DNA of 63,371 bases, counting the filler, from Ministeria vibrans ATCC 50519 (Eukaryota; Protista; Filasterea): assembly GCA_943704425.1 (NCBI GenBank). It is 7 parts of 7 records of this genome, joined end to end, with 100 filler letters (N's around TTAATTAATTAA, not from the genome) between each part and the next. Parts side by side here need not be neighbours in the genome. Positions count along the whole stretch, not along the records: positions 1 to 26,214 come from CALSCP010000171.1; positions 26,315 to 30,836 come from CALSCP010002357.1; positions 30,937 to 32,546 come from CALSCP010002487.1; positions 32,647 to 34,539 come from CALSCP010001256.1; 3 more parts are not named here. The stretch is one strand, 5' to 3'. Every line of letters starts with the position of its first letter. The first letter of the stretch is position 1. The position numbers and the translations under genes are program-made. The notes below the pieces were generated by a model that did no database searches, was not told where the DNA came from, and saw nothing but the letters and a program-made list of their open reading frames with translations. Positions 22,768-34,639 of this stretch are shown here, one piece after another.

Positions 22768-25730
22768 TTAATTGCATTTTTTTTGGGTACCAATAGTGCG
22801 CAAATCGACAAACGGAACACTGGTGAGAAGATTACGGGTGAAATCCTGCTCGAACCTAAAGAAAGAGGAGTGAGCAAGACAGTAAATAGGTGTCATGTGT
22901 GTACCGAGTGTTCTCAAAGAGTACTGCAGGGTTGTCCGAAGGGCATCTGAGGAAGGACGGGGCAAAGACCATTGCAAGGTTATCAATGGACATGAGGGTC
23001 ATTTTCCTGTTTTCAACACGACCGACGCGCTGAAGAAAGGCAATAAGATACTCTGCGACTCTCCGGTTGAGTTCGGGCAGTCGCTCCAGCATCTCCACCG
23101 CCCCCAACCCAGCACCAATCTTGATGCACTCGTCGTAGAGGGACGCGGGAATGAGAGGCTCCTCCAGCTCACGCAGCCACAGCTTCAAGAGCGACGCCGC
23201 CTGGTGCGGGTCGTCTACCTGACACTCATCATAGTCTCCCTTCTCAATGACCAGCTTGAGCGCAGAGACCCCCTCTGTGTCACCCGGCACACGAAAGATC
23301 CCTTCCGTCTTCTCGCCACCCGCATTCAGCACAGCCTCCACCAGCGTCGTCAGCACCCGTGGCAACAGCCCGTGCTCCTCCGGTCGCTCCATAATGTCTT
23401 CCAACGTGCTTCCAAACACAGACGGGTTGTATGGCAAATCCCGCAGTCGATCAATCTCCGCAATTGACGGCACTCGTGCTCCCGCCCCGTGTGCACAGAT
23501 CTTGTCCAGTTTCTTCGACGAGAACCTACCATACATCGAGATTGAGACATGAGTCGCGGGCGTGGGTGATTTTATTGATAGTCTTTTGTACCTTGAGACG
23601 GTCATGACGTCTCTGTGTTCGTCGTTGTGATGCTCAGCAAAGAAACTGAAGAGGTACCCTTCAAAGTTGCGACTGGGTGGGAACACACTGACAAGAACCG
23701 CCATGAGAGTCCATCCGCGACGAACGCTGTCCTCACTATACAAAACAAGAGAAAGGAGTGAGTACACTGTTGAAATTGTTGAACTTGTTTCACTGAATTA
23801 GTCTCTCTATCACTTTGCTCCCCTCTCTCTGTCTGTCTCTTCCATTTCTTACGTTGGGTTCTTGGTGAGTTGCTTGATGAGCTGCACATAAACCTCATCG
23901 CGAATCTCGGGACAAAAGAGGGCCTTCTCAAGCACAACCTGCGTGAGACGCGATGGAGACTGCCGCACTTTGGCCTGGCGGTCTGCCATGCACGCCTGGA
24001 TCGTCTTAAAAATACTCACTGCGTCCTTTGCAGTGTATGACGCCTGAACCACAAACAAAGAAAAAAGCGAGAGTGCGTGTAAAAGATGTGTAGAGGAGGA
24101 ACAGACACACGCTACGGAGGAGAGTTGCTTACCTTTCCTCTCAGACCCAACAAAGCGCCCGGGATGGGCTCTGCCTGCCATACCATCATACTCTCAAGAG
24201 GAATCTACAGACAAGAAGAGAAAAGTGAGTCGTTGTCTTTCGTGTAATGTTGAGCGTTTTGTACCTTTCGACGGAACAGGCCCTTTTTGTGCACTGCAAA
24301 GTACTTTTTCGCATAGCCCTCCATTTGAAAGTTGGCAATGGCATCTTTGAGAGACGACGGAAGGGCAGGGATATGATCGGGCAAAGTCTCAAGACTACAC
24401 AAAGCAACCGAGGGTGATGGAGGAAGGAGAGTGTGAGCTTTGGGTGTTTAAGGAGTGAGTGTGAGTAATCAGTGCGCAAAGTGCGTGTTTGTGAGAATGA
24501 GAGTGAATGTGATGCGCTCAGTGAATGTACACTTGTTGCGCTAGTGTGAGACTATACACATATTCGTCTTACGCGCCGTGGAGTCGAGCATGGTTGACGG
24601 TCGCCTCCTTGACAAGGTCTGAGTTCGTCTTGACGCCGTGTTGGCCAGCGTTGGCTGGGTTGAGAGGGCTCATGCTCCATGCGGCGTCAATGTTGAGCTG
24701 CGGGGTGCTCATGTCGCCGTGAGTGCTGTCGATGCGTGTGTCACGCAGATCAACAACAGGTTGACGAGGCATACCGACAATAGAACGTGTCTGCATCTAC
24801 GACATGCACAAGAGTTGAGTTTCATGGGTCACTCACCCTTCGATTGGTACCTTTCTTGGGTCCGTCGTAGCCATTTCGTAGAAGTGCGGGGGCGCAGGGG
24901 CGGGTGGAATGTCTGTTGCGTCAATGCTGTTCTCGCGTGAATTTGCAATGCGCGAGGGATGGCTGCTGTTGTTGTTGCTGGTGGAGAGGGAAGTGACTGA
25001 CTGGGTCGCAAGTGAGTTACTGCTGCTCGTGGGTGAAGGGAGTGCCGAACCGCCGTTGGACAATGTAGTTGTAGTTGTGGTTGTGTTTGCCAGTTTGGGT
25101 TTGGCAAGTTTAGTGGGTGGAGATTTGGCCTGCTTGCGTTGTTGCGGTTCTGCTTGTTCAGCTTGTTGTTGGTGTTGTTGTGTCCGGCTAGCACTGGTCA
25201 TTCTCTGTAGATAATCATCGATGGGATCCGTGGTGGTGTCGTTGTTGTCGCCGTCGCTGAGCTCGCCCAGATCGGGAGGACCCGACACAGTCGATTCCTC
25301 GACAAGCATTGTCTCCTTGACACCAGTCGAGTCGACACGCGACACTTGCTTGACAGGCGACTTGCTGGGCGATGCACTGGGATCGACGGCTGGCACAGTG
25401 GGTCGTTCCCATTGCGATTTCGAGGTGAAAAGGTTGATGAAGAAGTTGAGGCCTGTCGAGTCGTCGTACTGCACGTCCCAGCCGTCGGGCAAGTCGGCCG
25501 CCGTCAGCGGTTGTTGCTGCTGCTGTTCTGCGTATTCCTCATCCTCCTCATCGTCGTCGGGAACGGCATTGCCATTCTCGTCAATGGTACGCGCAATCTC
25601 CGACAGCTTCACGCGCATCAGGGGCAGCACAGCACCGTGTGTGGGTCGGCCCCACTCGGTCACTTTCGTCGCAAAGTTGAAATAGTACGGAAGCTGCGAC
25701 GTCTCGTCACAAAGCTCCCACCATTCGTCT
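22768..25730 (-). CDS. ARHGAP39: WW-MyTH4-RhoGAP protein (ARHGAP39/Vilse-like), multi-exon, 5' end uncertain
   Basis: Two WW domains ('WWELCDE..PYYFN..TEW.RP', 'LPDGW...FFIN..SQWERP'), MyTH4 'EIRDEVYVQLIKQLTKNP', RhoGAP 'EGIFRVPG', 'LKLWLREL.EPL', 'NLAMVFAP'. Confidence 0.88.
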
Positions 25731-26214
25731 GAAACACAACCAACATATGAGATGTTCATGTCTGAGGGTGAAATGCCCGCGCGCTAAACCCCTGTGGCGC
25801 ACAAATGATGACGCGTCAAGCCAAAGGCCCACTTTTTTAGGCAAACAGCCACAGCGCTGGATTGCGTCCCTCAACGGCGACTTGCAACGGTCTGCACGTA
25901 GCACATATACACAGCAAAGAAGGTGGGCCAAAGATGCAGTGAATTCGGCGCGAAATGCAGCGAGGAGCAGTCGACACAAAGACGGCCGTCCGCGTCACTA
26001 GGGGGAAGCCGAGAAAAAAAAAGAATTCCGCGTCTGAGCAGACACGCACGCGAAACGGGCGCACGTGCGGCCAGCCACCGGCGCCCCAGCACCCCCCTCC
26101 GACGGCATGGCGCCGCCCCTAGTCGCCCCATCCCCTTGATCGCTTGTCTTTTCAGCCTTCCACCAGCAATTGCCTCGCGTAATGCACCCTCACATTTTTC
26201 TCATACCGTCTTCT

Positions 26215-26314
26215 NNNNNNNNNNNNNNNNNNNNNNNNNNNNNNNNNNNNNNNNNNNNTTAATTAATTAANNNNNNNNNNNNNNNNNNNNNNNNNNNNNN
26301 NNNNNNNNNNNNNN
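26215..26314. other. Artificial contig linker N44-TTAATTAATTAA-N44; also at 30837-30936, 32547-32646, 34540-34639, 39750-39849 and 55556-55655
   Basis: Identical 100-nt structure occurs six times; the palindromic core gives stops in all six frames; genes are cut off at each. Confidence 0.97.
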
Positions 26315-26388
26315 ACATTGACAAAGCCAGCGCCCTGGGGAAGCCACACTCGCTGTACAAGGGATTATGTTTTGACTGTTGGCAAAAG

Positions 26389-27540
26389 GTCATTCGTGGA
26401 CTGCCTGCGACGGGGCCGGTGAAGCCGAGCAACGACGACAAGCTGCTGTTCTACTCGCTGTACAAGCAGGCGACCGCGGGCCCGTGTGCCGGGGCGCGGC
26501 CGTCCTTCTGGGACGTGATCAATCGCGCCAAGTACGACGCCTGGCTTGCACTCGGCGATCTCTCGCGCGACGCAGCCATGCACCGCTACATTGCGACGAT
26601 CACGCACATGGCCAAGGGCCTCCCCGCCTCGGCCGGCATCGACCCGGCCGCCCTCGTCCTGCCGCCCCTGCGCCCCCAGCAGAGTGCGCACGGACTGTCC
26701 GCCCAGCAGCCCTCCGCCACACCATCATCATCATCATCATCATCACCACCACCACCACCATCAGCATCAACAGCAGCAGCCGCGCCTCCTCCCTCGTCGC
26801 CTGCACGACCCGCCGCCGCAAGCAGTGCCCCCTCCACGCCCCAGGGTCGCATCAACAACACCGCCTCGGCCACAGCACCCCGCACTGCACCGCCCATACA
26901 GCGCTCCGCTCCCATCACCTCAGCACAATTCAACGACACCCGCTCCGAAGTCAGCGACGTCTTCTTCGACCCCGAAAACGCGGAAGAGGACGACGGGACA
27001 ATTTCAACAGAACCCACAGCGCACCACTCAGGACTTTCGGCGCACGCGCTGGCCGCGGCGACGGCGACGGCCCCCGAGGGCGCCGGGGGCGGCACCGGAG
27101 CCGGTCGCGTCGGCGATGTGTCCGAGGAGCTCCGCGAAGTGGTCGCGCAGCTCCAGACGGACCTCACAAGTGCCCTCGAACGAATTCAAAGGTGCTTCAC
27201 ACTATCGCTATAATTATGATGATGACAAAGAGGGAGAGAATATCAAAATCAAATAACAAACAGTCTGTTTTTTCAGTGCGGAACAGCAACTTGAGCAGAT
27301 TGAGAATCAAGTTCAAACGGTAAGGCGCTAACGAGACGAAAGAAATGGGCAGAAGTGATGTTTTTTTTTCGTTCTTTTTCTTGGGATGCTTTTTAGAGGG
27401 AGGGCGATTCGAATGGTCTTCCGTGGCCACTCAATACACTGCCGACTGCGACGGGTGCATTGCTGCTTGTATGGCCACTCATTGTCACTCTTGTTGCCAT
27501 GGCCATTGCACACCGGAGGAGAGCCAATCACAGACATTGA
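26389..27540 (+). CDS. ACBD5: Acyl-CoA-binding domain protein ACBD4/5-like, tail-anchored, 5'-partial
   Basis: 'KLLFYSLYKQATAGPC...PSFWDVINRAKYDAW'; FFAT-like 'SEVSDVFFDPE'; coiled coil; last exon 'LPWPL...LLLVWPLIVTLVAMAIAHRRR'. Confidence 0.85.
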
Positions 27541-27979
27541 AGACGGGACCGACTCAGTCAGAACACGGATGCGGAAGGATATCAAAGACGGAGGAAGAGC
27601 CAGTTTGAGAGTGAAGAGTCAGACACATATAAAAGAACCGACTCAAAAGTATCATACGAAGCAAATACCACGGAATTCAATCGTTTTTATTGTTCCTTTC
27701 GTGTGACACACAATCATGCTTTGCAATGAAGGAGCCCAAGGGGACTCTAAGGAGTAGGGAAGAGAGTAGGCAGTGAGAATCCTAGCAAGTGGACGCCTTT
27801 TAAATAGCAAAGTTGTGGATATAAGTATAAGGTTCGTATAAGGGGTGTTTGAAATTTAACTTTGAGGTACAAATTGTACAAAATTTCCTTCTTAAACAGT
27901 GTGGTATTGTCAACAAACAAAATTAGAAAAAAGGGTTCATTTCACGAATAAATAAATAAGTCACGAAAAAAGAAAATAA

Positions 27980-30836
27980 TTAAAGGGCATCGTCCGCATC
28001 GTGGTGGGCATGAGCATCAAGCGAATGAAGGGCAGAGAGGAGCGCAGGCTTGGCACGCACAGTGGTCGAGTCGAGATCGCGACATTGAGTGACGTCTGTG
28101 GCGTATTCGATGTCGCGCTCCATCATGGACGACTCCTTGGTGCTGCACTGTGAGTGTGTGCTGGAATCAAGCATGTCGACCGCAGACCCACCTGCGCTGA
28201 ACTTGCGCGAGGCCCATCGCTTGGTGGCCGAGCCAACGCGTGTTTGGCCCATGTCAACTGCGTTAAGCGTGTCCTGGCCCATCCATGAGCCGTTCTGGCC
28301 CCGGACCATCTGCAAACCGTCGGCAATGGGCACGGCCAGGCTGGAACGACGAGAGTGGTCGCGTGAGGTGCCGCTGGCCGGTGTCCACGATGCAAAGGTC
28401 GAGTCTGCCGCGCCCGAGCTCATGTGGTTGTGTACGCCGCCCATCTCGCTGCTGCGAGCCGAGTTGAGCGACGAAACCGAGTCCATACGCTGCAGCATGT
28501 GCATTTCGTCGCCGTGCGCGCCCTTCTCTTCGACACTGACGTTGCTGTCGCGTCGGGGCACCGCCTCGACAATCATAACACGGTTGCGCTCGCGACGACG
28601 GTACGCCGCAATGGCAACAATGAGGAGGAGCAGAGCGACGGCGACGACAATCGGAATGATGGTCGAAAGGGAAGTACCCGAGCTGGATGAGCCGCCCGAG
28701 AGCGGCGCAGTATTCTGAGTGGTGCCGCAGGTGGCGCCGGTAAAGCCGGCGGGACACAAGCAGATGAAGCCGGTCGTGTAGCTGTGCTGAAAGCAGGTGC
28801 CGCCGTTCTGGCAGGGGAACGATGAGCACTCGTTGACGTCGACGGTGCACAGATGGCCCGTGTAGCCCGGAGGACAGGCACAAGTAAAGCCACCAGCATG
28901 GTTGTCACAGCTGCCACCGTTCTTGCACGGGCTTGTGGTGCACTCGTCAATGTCCTGCTCGCAGAGCTCGCTGGTGTAACCGGGCGCGCAGTCGCAAGTG
29001 AACGTGTTGGGTCCGTCGTTGCAAGTGGCGCCGTTGAGACACGGGTAGGAGGCACACTCGTTGATGTTCGACTGGCACGCGGTGCCAGAGAAGCCAGGCG
29101 CACACAGGCACACGAAGAGGCCGACACCATTGACACAGGTGGCACCGTTCTGGCAAGGATTTGACGCACACTCATCGATGTTTGTCTCGCATTGCTTGCC
29201 GGTGAAGCCGGTGCGGCAGGCACACTGGAAGCCACAGGTGTAGCCGGGTGTCGTCGAGCAAACGGCACCGTTGCGGCACGGGTTGGATGCGCATTGGTCG
29301 ACAGAGTACTGGCAGCGGGCACCCTGAAAGGCGCACGAGCACACGCACTGGTAGCCCGAGAGATCATCGACGCAAGTCGCACCATTGGAGCACGGGTTTG
29401 AAGCACACTCATTCATGTTGGTCTCGCACTGCACACCGGTAAAGCCAGGCTTGCAAGTGCACGAGAACTGAGCAATCTCGTTCCAGCACGAACCACCGTT
29501 CTGGCAAGGGTAAGAGGCACACTCATCAATGTCGGCATCGCAGAGGACACCAGTGTAGCCGGCCGAGCACTGGCAAGTGTAGCCGTTGTGCATGTCAACA
29601 CAGGTGGCGCCGTACTTGCACGGAGACGAGGCGCACTCGTTGGTCATGACTTCGCAAGTGGCTCCAAAGTAGCCCGGGGCACAATCGCATGCAAAGCCGT
29701 AAGGTTTGTCGACGCACGTACCATCGTTCACGCATGGCGACGACGCGCACTCGTCAATGGCCGATGCACAGCCAGGCCCGGTAAATCCAGGGTGGCACAA
29801 GCAAGAGTAACCGTAGCCCAAGTCCTGACAGATACCGTAGTTTTGACAGGGAGATGAGGCACACTCGTCAAGGCCCGTTTCGCAGTCGACACCGGTGAAG
29901 CCAGGCTTGCACGTGCACGAGTAGCTGTTGATCTCGTTCCAGCATGAACCGCCGTTCTGGCACGGGCTGGAGACACACTCGTTGATATCAGTGTCACATC
30001 GAACACCGGTGAAACCAGGTTTGCACGTGCACGAGTAGCTGTTGATTTCATCCCAGCATGAGCCACCGTTGTAGCAAGGATTAGAATCACACTCGTTGAT
30101 GTCAGTCTCACAGCTAACACCTGTGAACCCAGGCTTGCACATGCACCAGTAGCGGTTGACCTCGTCACCACAGGTACCGCCATTCTGGCAAGGGTACGAT
30201 GCGCACTCGTCAATGTTCGTCTCGCACATTTTGCCGGTGAAGCCAGGCTTGCACGTGCACGAGAACTGAGCAATCTCGTTCCAGCACGAACCACCATTCT
30301 GGCACGGGTTGGAGGCACACTCATCAATGTCCGACTCGCAGTGCACTCCGGTGTAGCCAGCCTTGCACTTGCAAGTGTAGCCGTGCGCCATGTCCATGCA
30401 AGTGGCACTGTTACGGCACGGACTCGATGCGCACTCGTTGGTCTCGACACCACATGTAGGTCCGTAGTAGCCTGGCTTACAGATGCACACAAACCCGTTT
30501 GGCTTGTCAACACAAGTGCCATAGTTCTCGCAAGGAGACGACGCGCACTCGTCAATGTTTGTCTCGCAATCAACGCCAGTGTAGCCGGCGGCACAGCGGC
30601 ACCGGTAGCGGTTGATCTCATCGCCACAAGTGGCACCGTTCTGGCAAGGACTCGACGCGCACTCGTCAATGTTTGTCTCACAGTTGACGCCAGTGAAACC
30701 CGGCTTGCACGTGCACGAGTAGCGGTTGACCTCGTCCCAGCATGAACCGCCGTTGCGGCACGGATTGGACGCACACTCGTTGATATCCGTCTCGCAGTCG
30801 ACACCAGTGTAGCCAGCGGCACAGCGGCACCAGTAC
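27980..30836 (-). CDS. Single-pass membrane protein with tandem calcium-binding EGF repeats (Notch/fibropellin-type), 5'-partial
   Basis: About 18-19 repeats of 'DINECASxPCQNGGxCxDxxNxYxCxCxPGFTGxxC'; TM 'IIPIVVAVALLLLIVAIAAY' followed by RRRER; Ser-rich tail. Confidence 0.93.
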
Positions 30837-30936
30837 NNNNNNNNNNNNNNNNNNNNNNNNNNNNNNNNNNNNNNNNNNNNTTAATTAATTAANNNNNNNN
30901 NNNNNNNNNNNNNNNNNNNNNNNNNNNNNNNNNNNN

Positions 30937-31018
<82 letters not shown>

Positions 31019-31081
31019 CTTTGTTTCTTTCTCCCTCCTTTCTCTATCTTTTTTTTCTTCTTTTTTCTTTCTTTTTTACAG

Positions 31082-31476
31082 GGTTCGATCGTCACTTTTT
31101 TGCCTTGCGTAAAATTGCCGAAGCGCAAAAGCTCGAAGTGCCTATGTTCCAGGACGAAGCGTACAGTCGCATCAACCACGTCATCCTCAGCACATCCACA
31201 CTGGCCTCCGACGCACTGGTACAGTGACCCTCACGCACACACACACACATACTCATACACACACTTATGACTCACACACGCTAATGTATGTAGCTTGCGG
31301 GTGGGTTTGGGCCCGTCGTTGACGATGGTCTGGGTCTGGGGTACTCGCTGGACACCGGGCGCAGCGGCGTGCACATCACGTCGTATCACAAGGGAGAAGC
31401 CGAAGGCTTCATTACCCACTGGCTTTGGGCCATCTCACAGATCAAAGAGTGTCTCGATGCCACTGCCTCCAAATAA
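31082..31476 (+). CDS. CPT2: Carnitine O-palmitoyltransferase 2, C-terminal exons
   Basis: 'GFDRHFFALR', 'INHVILSTSTL', 'GGFGPVVDDGLGLGY'. Confidence 0.85.
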
Positions 31477-31534
31477 ACTTTTTTTTTGTTTTTTTGTTTC
31501 ACACACACACATACACGAACGCTAGGAGAGAGAC

Positions 31535-32360
31535 TCAAACGAGAAGGGGAGAATCAAGGACAGCGACATTGGCAGCAACACCACCGTCGTCAATATCGTG
31601 AGGCTTAGAGCGCAAGAGCACGCCCGCGCAAGTGAACTGGGGCGCGCTATCATGATCCGCCGAGACCACTGCAGTGCCAAATACCCCCAGCTCACTCACC
31701 ACACGACACGCAGACACTCCGCCATTGCTATCCAGATGCAATAGATCACGAGAGTAAGTTGAGATGATCGGGTGACACTTCTTTCTTTGTCTTTGTTGTT
31801 TTTCGTACCGGCCTAGTAGAGAGGGTGCAGACGGCGGATGGAGCCTGTCCATCAGAATGAACGCCTCGCGCTCCTCTCGACTCATTTTCTTCAGCGCGTC
31901 AACAATCTCTTCGCCGTACAGATTGTTACCGCCCCCTTCGCGTTGCTACAGAGTGCAGGTTTAAATATTGTCCATGCTGTGAAGGGAGGGGTGTACGGGC
32001 TTGAGCACATAGTCGTCAGGATGGGCTAGGGCACGCGCGGCCGCTGCATCGCCTGCATCTGTCGCATCCAGCGAGTACAGTCCTGCATAAGTCGAGCGCA
32101 CCCCATCAACGTCATCCCCTTCTACACACGCACACACACATCATTATTATAGACGGACCAACTCAGTGCCAGTCTCAAACATGTACCGTCAAGGAAGCGC
32201 TCCGTCTGTCCCGGCTCGGCCAACACCTGTTGAACCTTCTTGAGCCCACACAACTGCTGACCAATCGTCGGCACTGCCACACACCCACTCTGCTCAATCA
32301 ACTCACGTGCACGCCACTCCACCCCACTTTCACTGTAGTCGTTGGGTGTGTATCCCGCTC
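31535..32360 (-). CDS. GSS: Eukaryotic glutathione synthetase, C-terminal exons
   Basis: 'RAGYTPNDY', 'KKVQQVL', 'YVLKP|[11 protein letters not shown]', 'SELGVFG', '[13 protein letters not shown]'. Confidence 0.92.
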
Positions 32361-32481
32361 TACAATCGACAATTAGGACTCTCACAGTTTTGTTTCTTCT
32401 CTCTCTCAGTCTTCATATCACTTTTTTTCTTTCTCCCTCCTCTCCTCTCTCTGTCTCTCTGTCTCTCTCTGTCTCTCTCTG

Positions 32482-32546
<65 letters not shown>

Positions 32547-32823
32547 NNNNNNNNNNNNNNNNNNNNNNNNNNNNNNNNNNNNNNNNNNNNTTAATTAATT
32601 AANNNNNNNNNNNNNNNNNNNNNNNNNNNNNNNNNNNNNNNNNNNNAAAAAAAAAAAAACAGTCGAACACAAACCGAAAAAAAGTCGAATGGCTTTGGAA
32701 CTCCGTTGGCACGAGATGTCGCGATACTGCAGTGGGGTGTGTGTGGCGCACTTGCCGCGTGTGATCGGCGCTCTTGAGGGTTTTGTGCTGCAACTGTGAC
32801 AAACTCTCCGTTCTCTCCGCCAG

Positions 32824-34539
32824 GGCCACCTTTGGCTACGCCGGCAAGCACAAGCTCTGTGTGGATGCCACCGGAACCGGTAGCCTTGATGCCGCCTCTG
32901 CTCAATTCGCTGATGATAAGGTAAGTCGTTTTTTTGTGTTTTTTTTTGGCTTTTTTTTTCGTCTCTCTGTTATCACTTTGATTTTGTGAACATACACAAA
33001 AAATATTTATATCATCTGTTATTCCGAGGATTGCCCGTTATTATCTCCATACTGATGCATTGGTTTTCTATTCAGATCCTGTATGCGCTCGTTCGCATGT
33101 CTGACGGTGATCAGGAGTCGAAGCGAGTCAAGTTCGTCATGATCACTTGGACTGGCACCAAAGTCGGAATGGTGACCAAGGGACGCGTCGCTGCCCACAA
33201 GGTCAGAACATAGTGTGTGTGTATGTGTGTATGCCTTTGTGTGTTTGTGTATGCCTTTGTGGTGTGTTTGTGTGTGTGTGTGTGTCTTTGTGGTGTGTTT
33301 GTATGTGTGTGTGTGTCTTTGTGGTGTGTGTGTGTGTATGTGTGTATGCCTTTGTGATGTGAATGTGTGTGTATTCTTGGCTTCTCTTTTACTCCCTCCT
33401 CAATTGCTGCCTCTCTTCTTCGTAGATCAGCGTGTCGGACATGATGGGTCAAAAGCACGTCGAGATCCATGCGGACGAGCTGAAGGAGTGCAGCGAAGCG
33501 CTCATCCGCAAGAAGCTCAAGGTGGCGGGTGGCGCAGACTACGACACGGGTGCCAATGTGGGCGGCTACAAGAGCAGCGGAAACATCCGCGCCAAGGCCC
33601 TGGCAGCGTACACCGAAAAGGAAAAGGTCGGCAACGTATCGGGTGTCGTGTATGTCAAGAGTGCGCTGCCCGCTTCGACTCCCGTGGACCTGTCGGGACG
33701 ACCTATGGTCGCGAGCAAGTCGGAGGCTCTCAAGAATACCAAAGACACCGAGAAGGTGGACACAACCAAGTGGCAGGGCAAGGCGTCGCCGTCGCCCGTC
33801 AGCACGTCTGCGCCTGCTGCCAACACGTCGAGCAAGCCGTCTGTGTCCGCTGAGAAGCCTGCGATTCCGTCAAACAAGCCGACGAACGCTGTGCCGCGAC
33901 GCGTGGCGAAGCCGATCAAGCGTTTGTCGACAGGTCCCGAGGTGGAGGCGCGCCTGAAAGAGGCAGAAGAGAGAGAGCAGCGACGAATTGAGGCAGAAAA
34001 CAAGAGACAATCGTCGTTGCTGGAGGCCAAGGCCGCCGCCGAGGTTGCTGCTGCCGAGGAAGCATCGGATGAACCTGCGGCCGAAAAGGAGGAGGAGGAT
34101 GTTGAGGCTGCTGCCGCTGCCGAGTCTATTGAGGAGCCTGCAGCTGAGGAAGCAGCAAAAGAGGAGGAGGAGGTTGCGGCTGAGGAAGCAGCGAAGGAGG
34201 AGGCTGCTGCCGAAGAGTCGAATGAGGAGCCTGCTGCCGAGGACACCAAGGAGGAGAGTGCTGCAGAGGAAGCAGCGGATGAACCCGCGGTCAAGGAGGA
34301 AGAGGAGGCTGCTGTTGAAGAGTCAAATGAAGCGCCTGCGGCGGAGGAAGCACCAAAGGAGGAGACTGCTGCCGAGGTGGCTGCCGTCGAGGAGGAGGCG
34401 GCAGCTGTGGAAGCAACGGAGGAACCTGCGGCCGAGGAGGAGGCGGCAGCTGTGGAAACAGCGGAGGAACCTGCGGCCGAGGAGGAGGCGCCTGCTGCCG
34501 AGGACGCTAAGGAGGAAGGTGCTGCTGAAGCAGAACCTG
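32824..34539 (+). CDS. Coactosin-like ADF-H domain protein with a long Glu/Ala-rich extension; both ends cut by linkers
   Basis: 'DGDQESKRVKFVMITWTG..VG...KGR', 'IRKKLKVAGGADY'; tail of EEPAAEE-type repeats. Confidence 0.8.
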
Positions 34540-34639
34540 NNNNNNNNNNNNNNNNNNNNNNNNNNNNNNNNNNNNNNNNNNNNTTAATTAATTAANNNNN
34601 NNNNNNNNNNNNNNNNNNNNNNNNNNNNNNNNNNNNNNN

